From: Takakia lepidozioides
Lineage: Eukaryota; Plantae; Bryophyta
Direction: 5' to 3'
Assembly (NCBI GenBank): GCA_030704615.1
Contig: CM060731.1
Coordinates: 21,948,001-22,012,000, forward strand
DNA length: 64,000 bases
In this document: one piece after another, positions 39,790 through 51,060 of the stretch
How positions within the stretch are numbered: position 1 is the first letter of the stretch
Layout: every line of letters starts with the position of its first letter
Made by a program: the position numbers and the translations under genes
The notes under the pieces: generated by a model
The model's input: the letters and a program-made list of their open reading frames with translations, nothing else
Database searches by the model: none
Told to the model about the DNA's origin: nothing

Positions 39790-40320
39790 GGGGCTCACTC
39801 CATTGTAGGACTTACCGGGTTATAACATTAGTTTTCAGGCCTCCAGATTCCTTTTAGAAAGCCTTCACACGTTCATCAGTTTTGTTTGTATGTGGGCTAC
39901 AGCAATGATACCCCACAGGGCCCACCGCTTTTTAGACTCAAGCTTAGATATTGATAGTTGGTGAAAGAGTGCAATGACTATTTCTTGATGGTCCTGAAGA
40001 GGGTCGCTCTCTGATGAGATACCCCAGAATTGTATCACAAAATGGACATTGTCTTCAGCCACCCACACACCAGTGATGCCTTGCCCTTCCTCTCTGCATC
40101 TGTTTATTGTTCAAAGGTAGACTCCCCATCCTCAGTCTAGTTCCAGGGTAAGGTCTGCCTTCAGATCATCCTCAAAGTCCTCACCCATGTCACAAACTGG
40201 GAAACGAGTTCAGGGAAGTTTATGCCTACATTGTTTTTTCGGACATTCTTCATGCTTTGACATGGCCTTAGACACTTCAGCCTCCACGTCAGATTCATCT
40301 AGCAGGGTGAGTTCTTCCTT
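39790..40320 (-). mobile_element. Old RTEX-like LINE 3' fragment in TnpA intron 2
   Basis: Aligns by eye with 4750-5225 (ttcaaaggtag, cccatgtcaca..gttcagggaagtt, EDNVHFVI). Confidence 0.75.
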
Positions 40321-40787
40321 CCTAATATTTCTGGTATTTATCATAGGGTCGCTGGTATGAGGCATGCGATTTCAGCTGACTGTACCATAGGTCTGACTGA
40401 CAGGTCTTCTTGCAAGGCCTTTGGGCAAACCTGCTGATGGGTTTGGGAGTTTGCAGGGTGCTTTGCGCGCTGACTCAATCTCGCTTCGACGCTGCAAAGA
40501 AGAAGAAGAAAGACAATGTCAGCAGCAGCAAAACCCTAACATATCCTCTCTGCAGGTTTGGAGCTTTTAATGCGGTTTCATGGCTAGGGCTAGGTAGGGC
40601 ATATGAAAAAACGCAAGTTCGGACCTCTTTGCAATGTCGTAGATCTTCAGTCGTGCGAAGAATGCCTTGTTCTCCGCTTGACGCTTTGCTCGTTCTACCT
40701 CCCTCGCTGTAGGCTTGCGCCCTGGTGTAACTTCTGGACACTCTATGTCTGTCTCCATTTCCTGACGAGTCTCACTCAGTCGCCCAG

Positions 40788-43700
40788 ATGATCCCTCCTA
40801 CTGCCCATCGATTGCAAAGGCGGACACAAGCAGAACATGACGATGACAGATTGTGGAAACTAGAGGAAGCGCGAGCAAGAAGACTGGGTCTTCGGAAAAT
40901 TCTATGTCCATGCAATGCCTGTCATGGTGGGAACTGGCAAACCATTGGCCGGGCTAAGCGTCATCTGCTTTTGAACTTGCGAGATCCTAACTTGCGAGAA
41001 CTCCCGGTGCATATCTGTGGATTCTCTTCCCTTAACCCTGATGCATACTTTGAAATTATAAGAAACAGTTCAAATTCCTGGTAGCGGGATTGTTGTAAGG
41101 TGTAGAGTATTGTACATGCCCGTTTTCCTATTGCCACGTGCCTGTATTATGGCACGTTCCACATCCACCATTTCCAACCCTAAACTCCCCATCTTATTGT
41201 GGATTGACATGTGGACTGATATGCTTATAAGCAGGAAAACTCTGGAGACGAACATGAGGGGTTTAGAACGGAAACCAGCCCTGCAGGTGGTCCTGATACC
41301 TTGGATCGTAATCTTGACATGCTTAGAATGCTCCGGGAGACATTCGCAACTACAGATAATGGGGTGCAAACTGGTGATGCACATGAGGAACCGGGAGATG
41401 GAACACAGGGCCAATGGGACACAGATGGAGTGCCAGAGCAGACTGATGGTGGACTGAAGAGCGATGGTGATCGTGGTGCAGCGAGTGCCTTACGTTTTGA
41501 GCAGGAGGCATCCAGGGCTTTGTATGTAGGGAGTTCTTCCTCTCGATTGTCTGCTACCTTACTGCTGTTAAATGCTTGTCAAACCCATGGTGTGTCAAAC
41601 ACCTTTGTCGATGAACTCCTTACATTGTTAGGAAGACAACTGTTGCCAGCAGACAATTGCCTGCCAAAGTCCCACTATGAGGCAAAACAACTCATAATGG
41701 AACTCGGGCTTCATTACGAGAGTATACATGCATGTCCGAAAGGTTGTGTGTTGTTCAAAGGGAGCTTCAAAATTTGGAGGTTTGTCCAAAATGTCAGGCA
41801 TGTCGTTATGTGGTGGGTACGAAGACACCAGTACCTCGTAAGGTCCTTCGACATTTCCCTATCATTCCAAGGCTGCTTCGAATGTATAAAGCCAAATCCA
41901 TCTCAGAGTTATTGTCATGGCACTTTAAGAATCGAAGTTTGGATGGCTTGGTTAGGCACCCAGCAGACAGCAAGGCTTGGGCCCACATTGACCAAAAATG
42001 GCCTGAGTTTGCAGCGGACCCCAGAAATCTGCGATTGGGTCTCGCATGGGATGGTGTCAATCCTTACAGTGATAAATCAAACAAATGGTCAACTTGGCCT
42101 GTCATGTTGGTAAACTATAATCTTCCACCATGGCTGTGTACTAAGCCATTTTTCACGATGTTGGCTTTATTGATTCCTGGACCACAATCTGTGGGAAATG
42201 ACAATGCAGATGTTTATCTGCAGCCCCTTGTGGATGAGCTGAAATTGTTGTGGGAAGTTGGTGTGGAGGCATTGGATGGAAGTAGCCTAGTGGGGCAACA
42301 GTCATTTCGCATGAGGGCCATCTTGATGTGGTCAATCCACGACTTTCCAGCTTATGGGTTGCTAGCAGGATGCGCACACGGGGGATACAAGGCCTGCCCA
42401 GCTTGCGGCCCTAATGTTGATTCCAGGTACTCCAAGGCATGCAAAAAAGTTTTGTATCTTGGTCATAGGAGATACTTGCCTGCTATTCATCCCTATAGGA
42501 ATAACTCGTCCCACTTTAATGGACATGTGGAACATAGAGCAGCTCCTATGGTGGTCACTGCAAGTGAGCAATTTGACCGGGCTACAACCAGAGAGTTGTA
42601 TCTCGCAATGGGAGGGGCTGAGGGGGGAAAACTGGACCCTTCAAAGGAACATGGCATGAAACGGGTCACTGTTTTGAACCAATTGCCATACTGGAAAGAC
42701 TTACTCATCCGATACACACTGGATGTGATGCATTGTGAAAAAAAATTGTGTGAGAATGTGCTGAGAACCATTCTTGGGGAGAAGGACACAGCCACATCTA
42801 GGAAGGATATGGAACTCAATGTCATTCGTGAACACTTGTGGTTGAGACCCCATCCCTCTCACCCGAACAAGTTGGTCAAGCCTTTGGCCCCATATGTTCT
42901 TACTGAAGATGAGAAGGTGTGTTTTTGGAAACATTGGCTGCAGTAAAGGCCCCCACAGGTTATGCTGCCACATTCCAGAAACATGTGGCTGACAATAAAC
43001 TGTCTACAATGAAAACCCATGACTACCATGTAATGATGCAGCAGATTTTACCTCTTTGCATTCGAGGGGTATTGGGAAAGGGTCCACGGATGGCAATTAT
43101 GAGGCTTTCTCGAGTCTTCCAAAAAGTGTGTGCAAAGATCATTAATCCAGCTGAGGTACCGGCCTTAAAAGAAGATGTTGCAATCACTATGTGTCTGCTG
43201 GAGAAAGAATTCCCTCCGTCATTTTTTGATATCATGACTCACTTGCTTGTACACCTTGTGGACGAATTGGAGGTGTGTGGTCCCGTGTCTAGCCGTTGGA
43301 TGTATCCTATGGAACGGTATATGAAGACATTAAAAGGCTATGTAAGGAATATGAGCCGACCTGAAGGGAGCATGGCGGAAGGGTATGCTTTGGATGAGGC
43401 CCTAGGATTTCTAACTGAGTATATGGCTGAATTTCATGCTACAAGCCGAAGGGTGTGGGACTCCAATGAAGAAGACTCAGTTAGTGGGGAGGTGGTTGAA
43501 GGATTGGGAACTGTACGAGTCCTCACCATTCAAGAACGAGACAGTGCACACGAGTATATTTTGCACAACACAGATTGCATGAAACCATTCCTTGAGTAAG
43601 TATGTTGCTTATCATATCCTGTGTGTTTCATTTCTGCCAATGGTATAAGCTGTAATCCTAATTTGCAATTCTCATTTGGACAGGGCCTATGAAGAGGAGA

Positions 43701-44596
43701 TGGCACTCATAGAAGCATCCCGCACTGAGTTCAGAACAGCATACCTTTGTGGACAAGACCAAGACCACCACAATGGAGAAATTCCATACCCAACAGATAT
43801 GCGCTTACTGGCTCCATTCCATGAATGGATTGAAGGTGCTGTCCAACGCAAGGTGAGTTCAGGTGAGTCCTATGATTTGGACATATGCCATTTATGTATA
43901 CCACCAGCAGTACAGTCATTGGGCTTCAAGTCCATGTATGCTTACGGCAATCACTTTCGAGCAATAAGTGATGGGACTGGCGCCAGAGACAGGGTGACAT
44001 TTGATTCTGGAGTTGCTCAAGTATTCCATCAGGAAAGCGAAAACAGAGCAGGTATGTCCAGACGAGTGTTATCCCAATTGGAATATGTGGGTGTTGTAAG
44101 AGAAATAATTCAACTGGATTACGGAATTCTTCACCCAATTCTGTTCTTGTGTACATGGGTGAGGTCACACATGGTGGGCCGGAATGCCACCATGAAACGA
44201 GATGATTATGGCTTTCTCTTGGTTGACTTCAGTCGCATGTTGCCTGGGATGGAGCAGCCCTGGACATTCCCTAGTCAGGTGGAGCAAGTTTTTTTCTCGG
44301 ATGAAAAAAAGTTCACGAGGGAACTGGAAGGTGGTCCTTCACAAGGACCCTCGATCCCGACGAGTGGTTCACGATATTACAAAGTGGCACTGGGTGAGGG
44401 AGACATTTATGTAGGCATGGTGCCTCCTGAAATTCCTCATAACATCATGACTGAGCTTGCTGTTTGTGTTCCTTTGAGTGAGGCAGATGAATTGGCCATT
44501 GCCAACTTGAATGCACCTGCAAGGCAGAGGCGAAATGGTAGAAGGCGGAGGCAAGCTCCACATGGGAGGTACCAAGCCAGTTGTGCTATGGTGTAG
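40788..44596 (+). pseudogene. CACTA TnpD transposase (Transposase_21, DUF4218, DUF4216); exons ~40788-41006, 41235-43595, 43684-44596
   Basis: ILCPCNAC, IHACPKGC, RHPADSKAW, LGLAWDGVNP, NLPPWLC, IHDFPAYG, LDVMHCEK, KTHDYH, WMYPMER, PEGSMAEGY. Frameshifts near 41757, 42919 and 44305. Confidence 0.93.
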
Positions 44597-46201
44597 AGTT
44601 GGTTTCTGCTATTGCATGTACTTTTCCAGGGTTTAGACTTGATACAGCATGGTACCTTCCATGGGTGGGAGTGACTGAGCTGTTGGGGTGGGCAGAATTC
44701 TGACAAACACACTTTCATTTGTGACAGTGAACCCTAAACAGTCATGAAGCTGTGGCATGAATACTTTTCTGACCCTAATCAATGGTGGCCCAATTGTGGG
44801 AAAAAGGTGAATGCATGTTGGATTATAGAGAGTAGCAGATGCAATTGAGCATAGGAATTAGTGTGAGAAGTTGAGTTGGGTGTTTCCTTGAACAAATGTA
44901 GGCTGTTATTGTCAGTTGCTACCAGCAAGGCAAAGATGTATGCATGATTTGTGAGAGGCATGGATAGCTGAAGGAGCAGGGATAGAGTGTGGGTCCAGAT
45001 TCATCCAAGAGGGCCACATTTCAAGCACAACATTGCCTATGATTCCTTGTGGAAGGATTGGTACAAGAAACCTGCATGGGTAGATGGTCAACTGGAAGCC
45101 GCAGCAGCAGCGGCACAATTGGTAAAATCAGGCGATGAGGGCACCTTCTTCAACACATTTCAGCCTGTTTTTCCCCCTTATCACAATCGGCCCTAAATTT
45201 CCATGTTGAATTATGCAAGTTAGCTGGTTGACTGAATCTTTGATAGATTGGAGTGACTTTGACATGATACTGCCAATGTGACAACAGGAAAGTATCCAGA
45301 AACAGGTACAAGAGATGAGGAGAAGGTGTGGAATGAATACTTTTCTGATTTGGTCAAGTTTAGGGAGTGTTCAACACCATGGCTGAACAAGATGTGGTGT
45401 CGTGGAGCGCGATGCTTGCAGGATGTGCACAACAGTGAAGTGGGATGGAGCCTTTGAATTGCTGAATTGGCCATTGCCAACTTGAATGCACATGCAAGGC
45501 AGAGGCGAAATGGTAGAAGGCGGAGGCAAGCTCCACATGGGAGGTACCAAGCCAGTTGTGCTATGGTGTAGAGTTGGTTTCTGCTATTGCATGTACTTTT
45601 CCAGGGTTTATACTTGATACAGCATGGTACCTTCCATGGGTGGGAGTGACTGAGCTGTTGGGGTGGGCAGAATTCTGACAAACACTCTTTCATTTGTGAC
45701 AGTGAACCCTAAACAGTCATGAAGCTGTGGCATGAATACTTTTCTGACCCTAATCAATGGTGGCCCAATTGTGGCAAAAAAGTGAATGTCTGTTGGATTA
45801 CAGAGAGTAGCAGATGCAATTGAGCATATGAACTAGTGTGAGAAGTTGAGTTGGGTGTTTCCTAGAACAAATGTAGGCTGTTATTGTCAGCTGCTACCAG
45901 CAAGGCAAGGATGTATGCATGATTTTGTGAGAGGCATGGATAGCTGAAGGAGCAGGGATAGAGTGTGGGTCCAGATTCATCCAAGAGGGCCACATTTCAA
46001 GCACAACATTGCCTATGATTCCTTGTGGAAGGATTGGTACAAGAAACCTACATGGGTAGATGGTCAACTGGAAGCCGCAGCAGCAGCGACACAATTGGTA
46101 AAATCAGGCAATGAGGGCACCTTCTTCAACACATTTCACCCTGTTTTTCCCTCTTATTAGAATCGGCCCTAAATCTCCATGTTGAATTCTGCAAGTTAGC
46201 T
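44488..46201 (+). repeat. Near-identical ~740-bp direct duplication (44488-45225 / 45464-46201) inside the CACTA
   Basis: Both copies start tgaattggccattgccaacttgaatgcac; offset 976 bp; the spacer holds a PPR fragment (VFNTMAEQDVVSWSAMLAG). Confidence 0.93.
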
Positions 46202-46204
46202 GGT

Positions 46205-46560
46205 GGTGGACACATGTATAGCAAATGTGGGAGCACTGAGGATGTGTGTTCAACACTATGGCTGAACGAGATTGTGCGTTTGCAGTGCGTGTGCAAGTCT
46301 GGCAGCTTTGGATGCATCACCAAAGTTGGAATTGTAACAGATGCGATCCAAATGTGGGGAGCATCAAGGGTATGCCAAATGCCTCGTATGCCAAATGTGG
46401 GAGCATCAAGGGCAAACCTGGCAGCTCTGGAAAAAGGGAAGAGGTCCATGGCTTCATTGTCAAAGCTGGAATTCTACCTGATGTGATTCTGAACAATGCC
46501 CTCATGGACATGTATGCCAAATGTGGGAGCATCAAGGATGCGAAGGTAGTTTTCCAACAC
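46205..46560 (+). pseudogene. Captured PLS-PPR fragments in the CACTA
   Basis: VHGFIVKAGILPDVILNNALMDMYAKCGSIKDAKVVF, with repeated caaatgtggg(g)agcatcaagg. Confidence 0.85.
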
Positions 46561-48777
46561 TATGGCTCTTGGAGTGATTTTGACATGTACCAGCGAAGGG
46601 GAGAAAGTAGGGCCCTCAGTAGACGAGTTGAAAAGCACTAGTTAAAAAGCACTGGCGCTTGATAGGGTGGGGAAAAATTCAGGCTGGGGTGATCATTGAT
46701 ATCCCGGACGCAATGTAAAAAAGACGGTTGTGAGTGAAGGACACCCGTAGCAAAAAAACCCTGCTGTCTCAAAAAAGGAGGCAGTCACAAAGAGCAAGGC
46801 ACTTTGTCCAAGCTTCTCGAATCTAGCAACAATGTGGACAGGGATTGAGTCATTGGGAACAATTTATGTAAGGTGGCGAGGAAAACCTTGTCTGAGGATC
46901 ACTGGATATTTCTCTAGTACGGTTGGACTAGTAGAGATTGAAATCCGTGCTCAGCTCAGTTTCAGACTGTCTCATTGTGAAGGGTCACGGTTGACTGGAC
47001 AGAAATGGGATTGACATTGCCGGGCTCCCAAATGTGGTAGTTTTATCTATAGCTTCTCAAAGCAATTGTTTTACATTGTTCATTATAGTGTGACATTCTC
47101 ATAACGATATTGTCGTCAGCTGCATGAGCAGTGCATCTTTTTGGATTGTTGGTCCCCATAACCCTAATAACCTTTTTGAACTTTTTAAATTCTCTAAACA
47201 AAAGTCTATGTGTTATGTCGTCCAGGGCATGTTGAATAGAGGTGGAAGTCATTTTATCCATCCATCTTCCACCTGGATGGTCAATGGGCCAAGTCATATC
47301 CACCTTGATGGTCAATGTGCCACGCCATATAGTTGCCCCAAATTCCTGTAGGACATCTGACACTCACCTCACACTCCATGACTCATTTGACACTCATGTC
47401 AAATGCCCCATATGAATTATCTTGGTCAACATCTGTTGACCGTATGGGTGTCATTCGAGTGTGAAATTTGTAACACCATGTGGCTTTTCCTACAATGATC
47501 CAAATCACACCTTGCCTCGTCTCACATGGGTGTAAGAAGAGCCGTTCAAAGTGCCAGGTGTGAACTATGGGTGGTGTTGGAAAAACCGGTTTCTGTAGTA
47601 GTGTAAGCTGCAAAAGAGTTTGTATGGACTCAAACAAAGTCCTCGAGCTTGGTATGCTAGGATCAATGCTTACCTCTTAAAGGCAAGATTTGAGCGAAGC
47701 ATTGCTGACACAAACATCTATGTGAAAAAGATGGGAGAGCAATTTGTGGTTATAGCTCTAAATGTGGATGACACAATCATTGTCACTAACGATCATCAAA
47801 GGTTGTTGCCAGAAACCAAAGCATTGTTGAGTGCTGAGTTTGCTATGACTGACATGGGTGAGATTCGGTTCTGTTTTGGTATTCAAATCAGCAAAGATTG
47901 AGTGAACCATACAATATTCATGCATCAACGACAATACATTGAGACAATTCTACAAAGGTTTAAGTTGGAGATGAGTAAGCCAACATCAACTCCTCTCGAA
48001 GTTGGTTTGAAACTTACGAAAGATATGGCACCTAAGACTCAAGAAGAGCAAGAAGATATGAGGAAAACTCCTTATCAAAGCGCAGTCGGCAGTTTGATGT
48101 ATTGCATGGTTTGTACTAGGCCAGACATTGCACATTCAGTGGGAGTGGTCTCACAATTTCTTACAAATCCCGGACAAACCCATTGGAAAGCAGTGAAGAG
48201 GATATTTCGATATCTAAGAGGAACATTAACCTCTGGTCTACTCTACAAGAGAGTGGAAGATCCAAGTTTGTTGGGGTTTGCTGATGCTGACTGGGCAGGA
48301 GACGTTGATAGTAGAAAATCAACTTCAGACCATTGTTTTCTCCTAGCAGGTGGAGCTGTATCTTGGTCTAGCAAACGACAAGTTGCAACAGCGTTGTCAT
48401 CAACAGAAGCTGAGTACATGTCCATTACACAAGCAGCAAAGGAGACTATTTGGTTACGGAAGTTGCTTGGAGATTTGGATCATCTTCAATCACTACCTAC
48501 GACTCTCTATTGTGACAATCAAAGTGCGATTGCACTAAGTCAGAATCCGAAGTATCATTCAAGGACGAAGCACATTGAAGTGCAACATCACTATATACGG
48601 GAAGTTGTATGCAAGGGAGAGATCAAGATGATCTATTGTGCTACAGGAGATATGGTTGCGGATGTTTTGACGAAGAGTCTACCACAAACAAAACACATGA
48701 AGTGTTCAGCCTTACTTGGTGTCTCTTCTCCAAAGACAAACGAAGTAGCTCAATGATATGGTTTAATTGAGTGGGAG

Positions 48778-49078
48778 TGTTGGAAGTAATTAAACATATC
48801 TAGAAGACTAAAAGTCTTGAAGGCCAAAGGTTTAGAAGTCTAAGAGACTATCTTGTTTAACTCACCTTTGGAAGGTGAATGGCTAGAAGGTGGATGGTCA
48901 CCATAGTGGAAGTGACCAAGTAGGACTTTCTAGAGACCTTCTTGTACAAGCTCGGGGGTGAAGCCACTAGTCTAAGTGTAAGAGTATGATGGTGGCTTCT
49001 ATGGTTGGGAGGAGAGCTTTAGTTTTAGCTTTAGTCTAAGACTTTAGTTCTTGTTCATGTTCTTGCTCAATTCTAACA
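48778..49078 (+). repeat. Copia 3' LTR, 301 bp
   Basis: Follows the PPT; ends ..CTAACA + TSD AGTCC. Confidence 0.97.
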
Positions 49079-49350
49079 AGTCCTCTGCTCTTCAGGTGGT
49101 CGGGGCACGTTGCAGTACCTACACTCATCCAACCTACACACATAATGGGATGCCAAGAGCTGACATACGTGGCAATGAGTGAAGAAGTCTATCTGCCACC
49201 GTAGATGTGCCACAAAAGAAGATCTGGGGTGCAATGCTCCTAGATAAATCCAATCGCCCTGCACGGCTGAGAAGGTCCATCACACAGGCAAAATGCTCAT
49301 TTGTTGGTTTGAGGCCATGACAAAACATTGGATACCTGATTCAAAGCAAA
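49079..49350 (-). pseudogene. PPR E/DYW pseudogene, 5' part
   Basis: HGLKPTNEHFACVMDLLSRAGRLD, then a ~155-bp insertion, then AED, which continues as LIINMP across the Copia TSD. Confidence 0.85.
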
Positions 49351-49689
49351 AACTCTTCATCCAAACTTTAGTTACAACCCCTTAACACTCAACCTCTCAC
49401 CTTAATATCACAAAGCTCTTAGATACTTCAAATAAACATCTGATGCCGAGTAGTTTCTTGCATAACCAAGGTTAGGGAACCACTGCAGTCATTTACTTGG
49501 AATAATACTTCACATAAAAGTTTCATTAGGAGGACCGGCTCTAACTATATATATCAATAGGGTTATACAACTACTGCAGCCCTCTACTATACAGATAATG
49601 TACCAATTCTGCAATATTATCACCACTATAATCTTGTCTAGAATTCCATCGTGTACATCGACATCAGAACAATCGTCTGATTGTGCTCG

Positions 49690-50140
49690 TATCATGGAAG
49701 CTAGCTCTGCTTTGACCCAATGAGGGTTTGACCAATGCTCAATCCAAAGGACTTCCTTTGGGAGCTTATGCCTGAAGTCTGGTGACCTTGGACCTTTATG
49801 TGAAAACCATCAGTGCAGCTGAGCAGTGATCACAACTTCCCATAGAGCATGCTATAACCGCAACAGTTTCAAGCATCCTTCCAGTACCAAGAACAAACTC
49901 AAATAACCCGCTGCACATGATGACAAGGAATCAGTAACATTTCTTTTTGTTGCTTTCTCGTGAGGAAGAGAAAATCATTACTAGTCAAGTCAACCAACAT
50001 CTTAATTCTAGTGACCCTAACTTTGACAAACGTTTTAGTTCTTGAAGGAAGATAGCCTCATCTTATCAAACCTGTTGTCCCACCACTGTGAAGGGTCAAA
50101 GAAGAACTCCTGCCAAAGCTGTTTTATGCTCATTGATTGA
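49690..50140 (-). pseudogene. OSB-family PDF-motif fragment (two exons, splice sites apparently decayed)
   Basis: QLWQEFFFDPSQWWDNRFDK (~50062-50121) and KGPRSPDFRHKLPKEVLWIEHWSNPHWVKAEL (~49700-49797). Confidence 0.8.
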
Positions 50141-50584
50141 CCTGTGTCCAACAAATGTAAAAACTTGAGAACTTTGCCAGCTGCCAATTCCCCTGTTTCT
50201 ACTGAGGAGGCGAATTGTAGCTTTTGGATTTCTCTAGTTACTTTGGACTAATTCTCTGCCTCATGCACACAAGCGGTGTAAAGAAAGACCGTGCACGTGA
50301 TTTTGGTAGTTCTGGATAACGTAGTCAGCGAGGCCAGCATCAATATTGAAATGATGATGAATTACCCTTATTAAACTCATGTGAACACTACCTATCCGGA
50401 AGAATAATCCGAAATGCACGCGTTTGCACGATCTTAGAGCTATGAATTTTTAGTACAGCTCACGTAAATGTTGTGCACACAGATCATCCATACATATGTA
50501 AATACGATCATATCAGTTGTCAGCGTGAAGAGTAAGAATGATCAAAACTGAACTGAAAATGATTTGGTAATGCAGGGGTCTCAC

Positions 50585-51060
50585 CTTTTTCCATCCATTC
50601 TATGAGTCTCTTCGATTCGATGTCTGTGGGCATTTTCTGTCACTAAAATTCAGAAACTGCAGCAATCACAACGAGGATCCTGTATAATAAAGTGGGACTG
50701 TTTCTTGAAAGTTCTTGAGATCAGACCTTACAGGCACGTCATTCCGAGCTTCAGGGTTCGACATCTACAGAAGATTCAAAGGAGTCAACTGATGCATACA
50801 GACCCCTGATGTAGCATATGTTGAACACGGCGATGCGTAGAAGATTTCAAGTCTGGATTGGACAAGAAACGGTCGACCACATTAATTGTATGAGAATTTC
50901 TAATTCGGCGTTATGCTGAAGACAACTACCTAATCGCAGCATAGACTTAAGGGAAATCAAGATTAGCTGCAAACTGCTTGAATTAGTCGACTCCATTTGT
51001 ACGTACTAGTTGCAATGACTCTAGCTCTGCAATTGTTACAGCCTCCGGCCTCATATACCT
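50585..51060 (-). pseudogene. ASY1: ASY1/HOP1 HORMA-domain 5' fragment
   Basis: Exons MRPEAVTIAELESLQL|gt, ag|T*NLLRIAVFNICYIR (probable CGA>TGA), MPTDIESKRLIEWMEK G|gt. These match ASY1 EITEQDSLLL/TRNLLRIAIFNISYIR/MPMDAESRRLIDWMEKG as recalled. Downstream exons absent. Confidence 0.85.

Larger units (their letters stand above)
35074..40758 (-). pseudogene. CACTA TnpA-like multi-exon gene: Pro-rich region, Ptta/Transposase_24-like domain, FCP1/NIF phosphatase-like domain, Tnp1/DUF8039-like C-terminus
   Basis: Exons 40625-40758, 40431-40491, 37701-39022 (frameshift ~38130), 37325-37426, then ~35870-37200 (in-frame TAG at 36601-36603) and a last exon ~35074-35325. Motifs PHHVPDKTWAQLVVSW..RSGRSG; ILILDLNGLL..RPGCQEFL..GVWSS..NTLLVDDSP; YRIHVKSV..LPYP..TLGDTQGSATLW. 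Confidence 0.8.
34107..47603. mobile_element. CACTA (En/Spm) DNA transposon, 13,497 bp
   Basis: TIRs CACTAGTACAGAAACTGGTTTTT / CACTACTACAGAAACCGGTTTTT; 3-bp TSD TAA. Removing it restores Copia RT DIVCKLQKSLYGLKQ. Confidence 0.97.
30813..49078 (+). mobile_element. Full-length Ty1/Copia LTR retrotransposon (gag-PR-INT-RT-RH), defective, interrupted by CACTA
   Basis: TG..CA LTRs; TSD AGTCC at 30808-30812 and 49079-49083; PBS TGGTATCAGAGC at 31120-31131; PPT TTGAGTGGGAG at 48767-48777. Motifs CFYCKKLGHMIKDC, WYVDSGAS, VHSDVCGP, LRSDNGGEY, QMDVKTAFLNG, ADADWAG, CDNQSAI. Confidence 0.97.
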
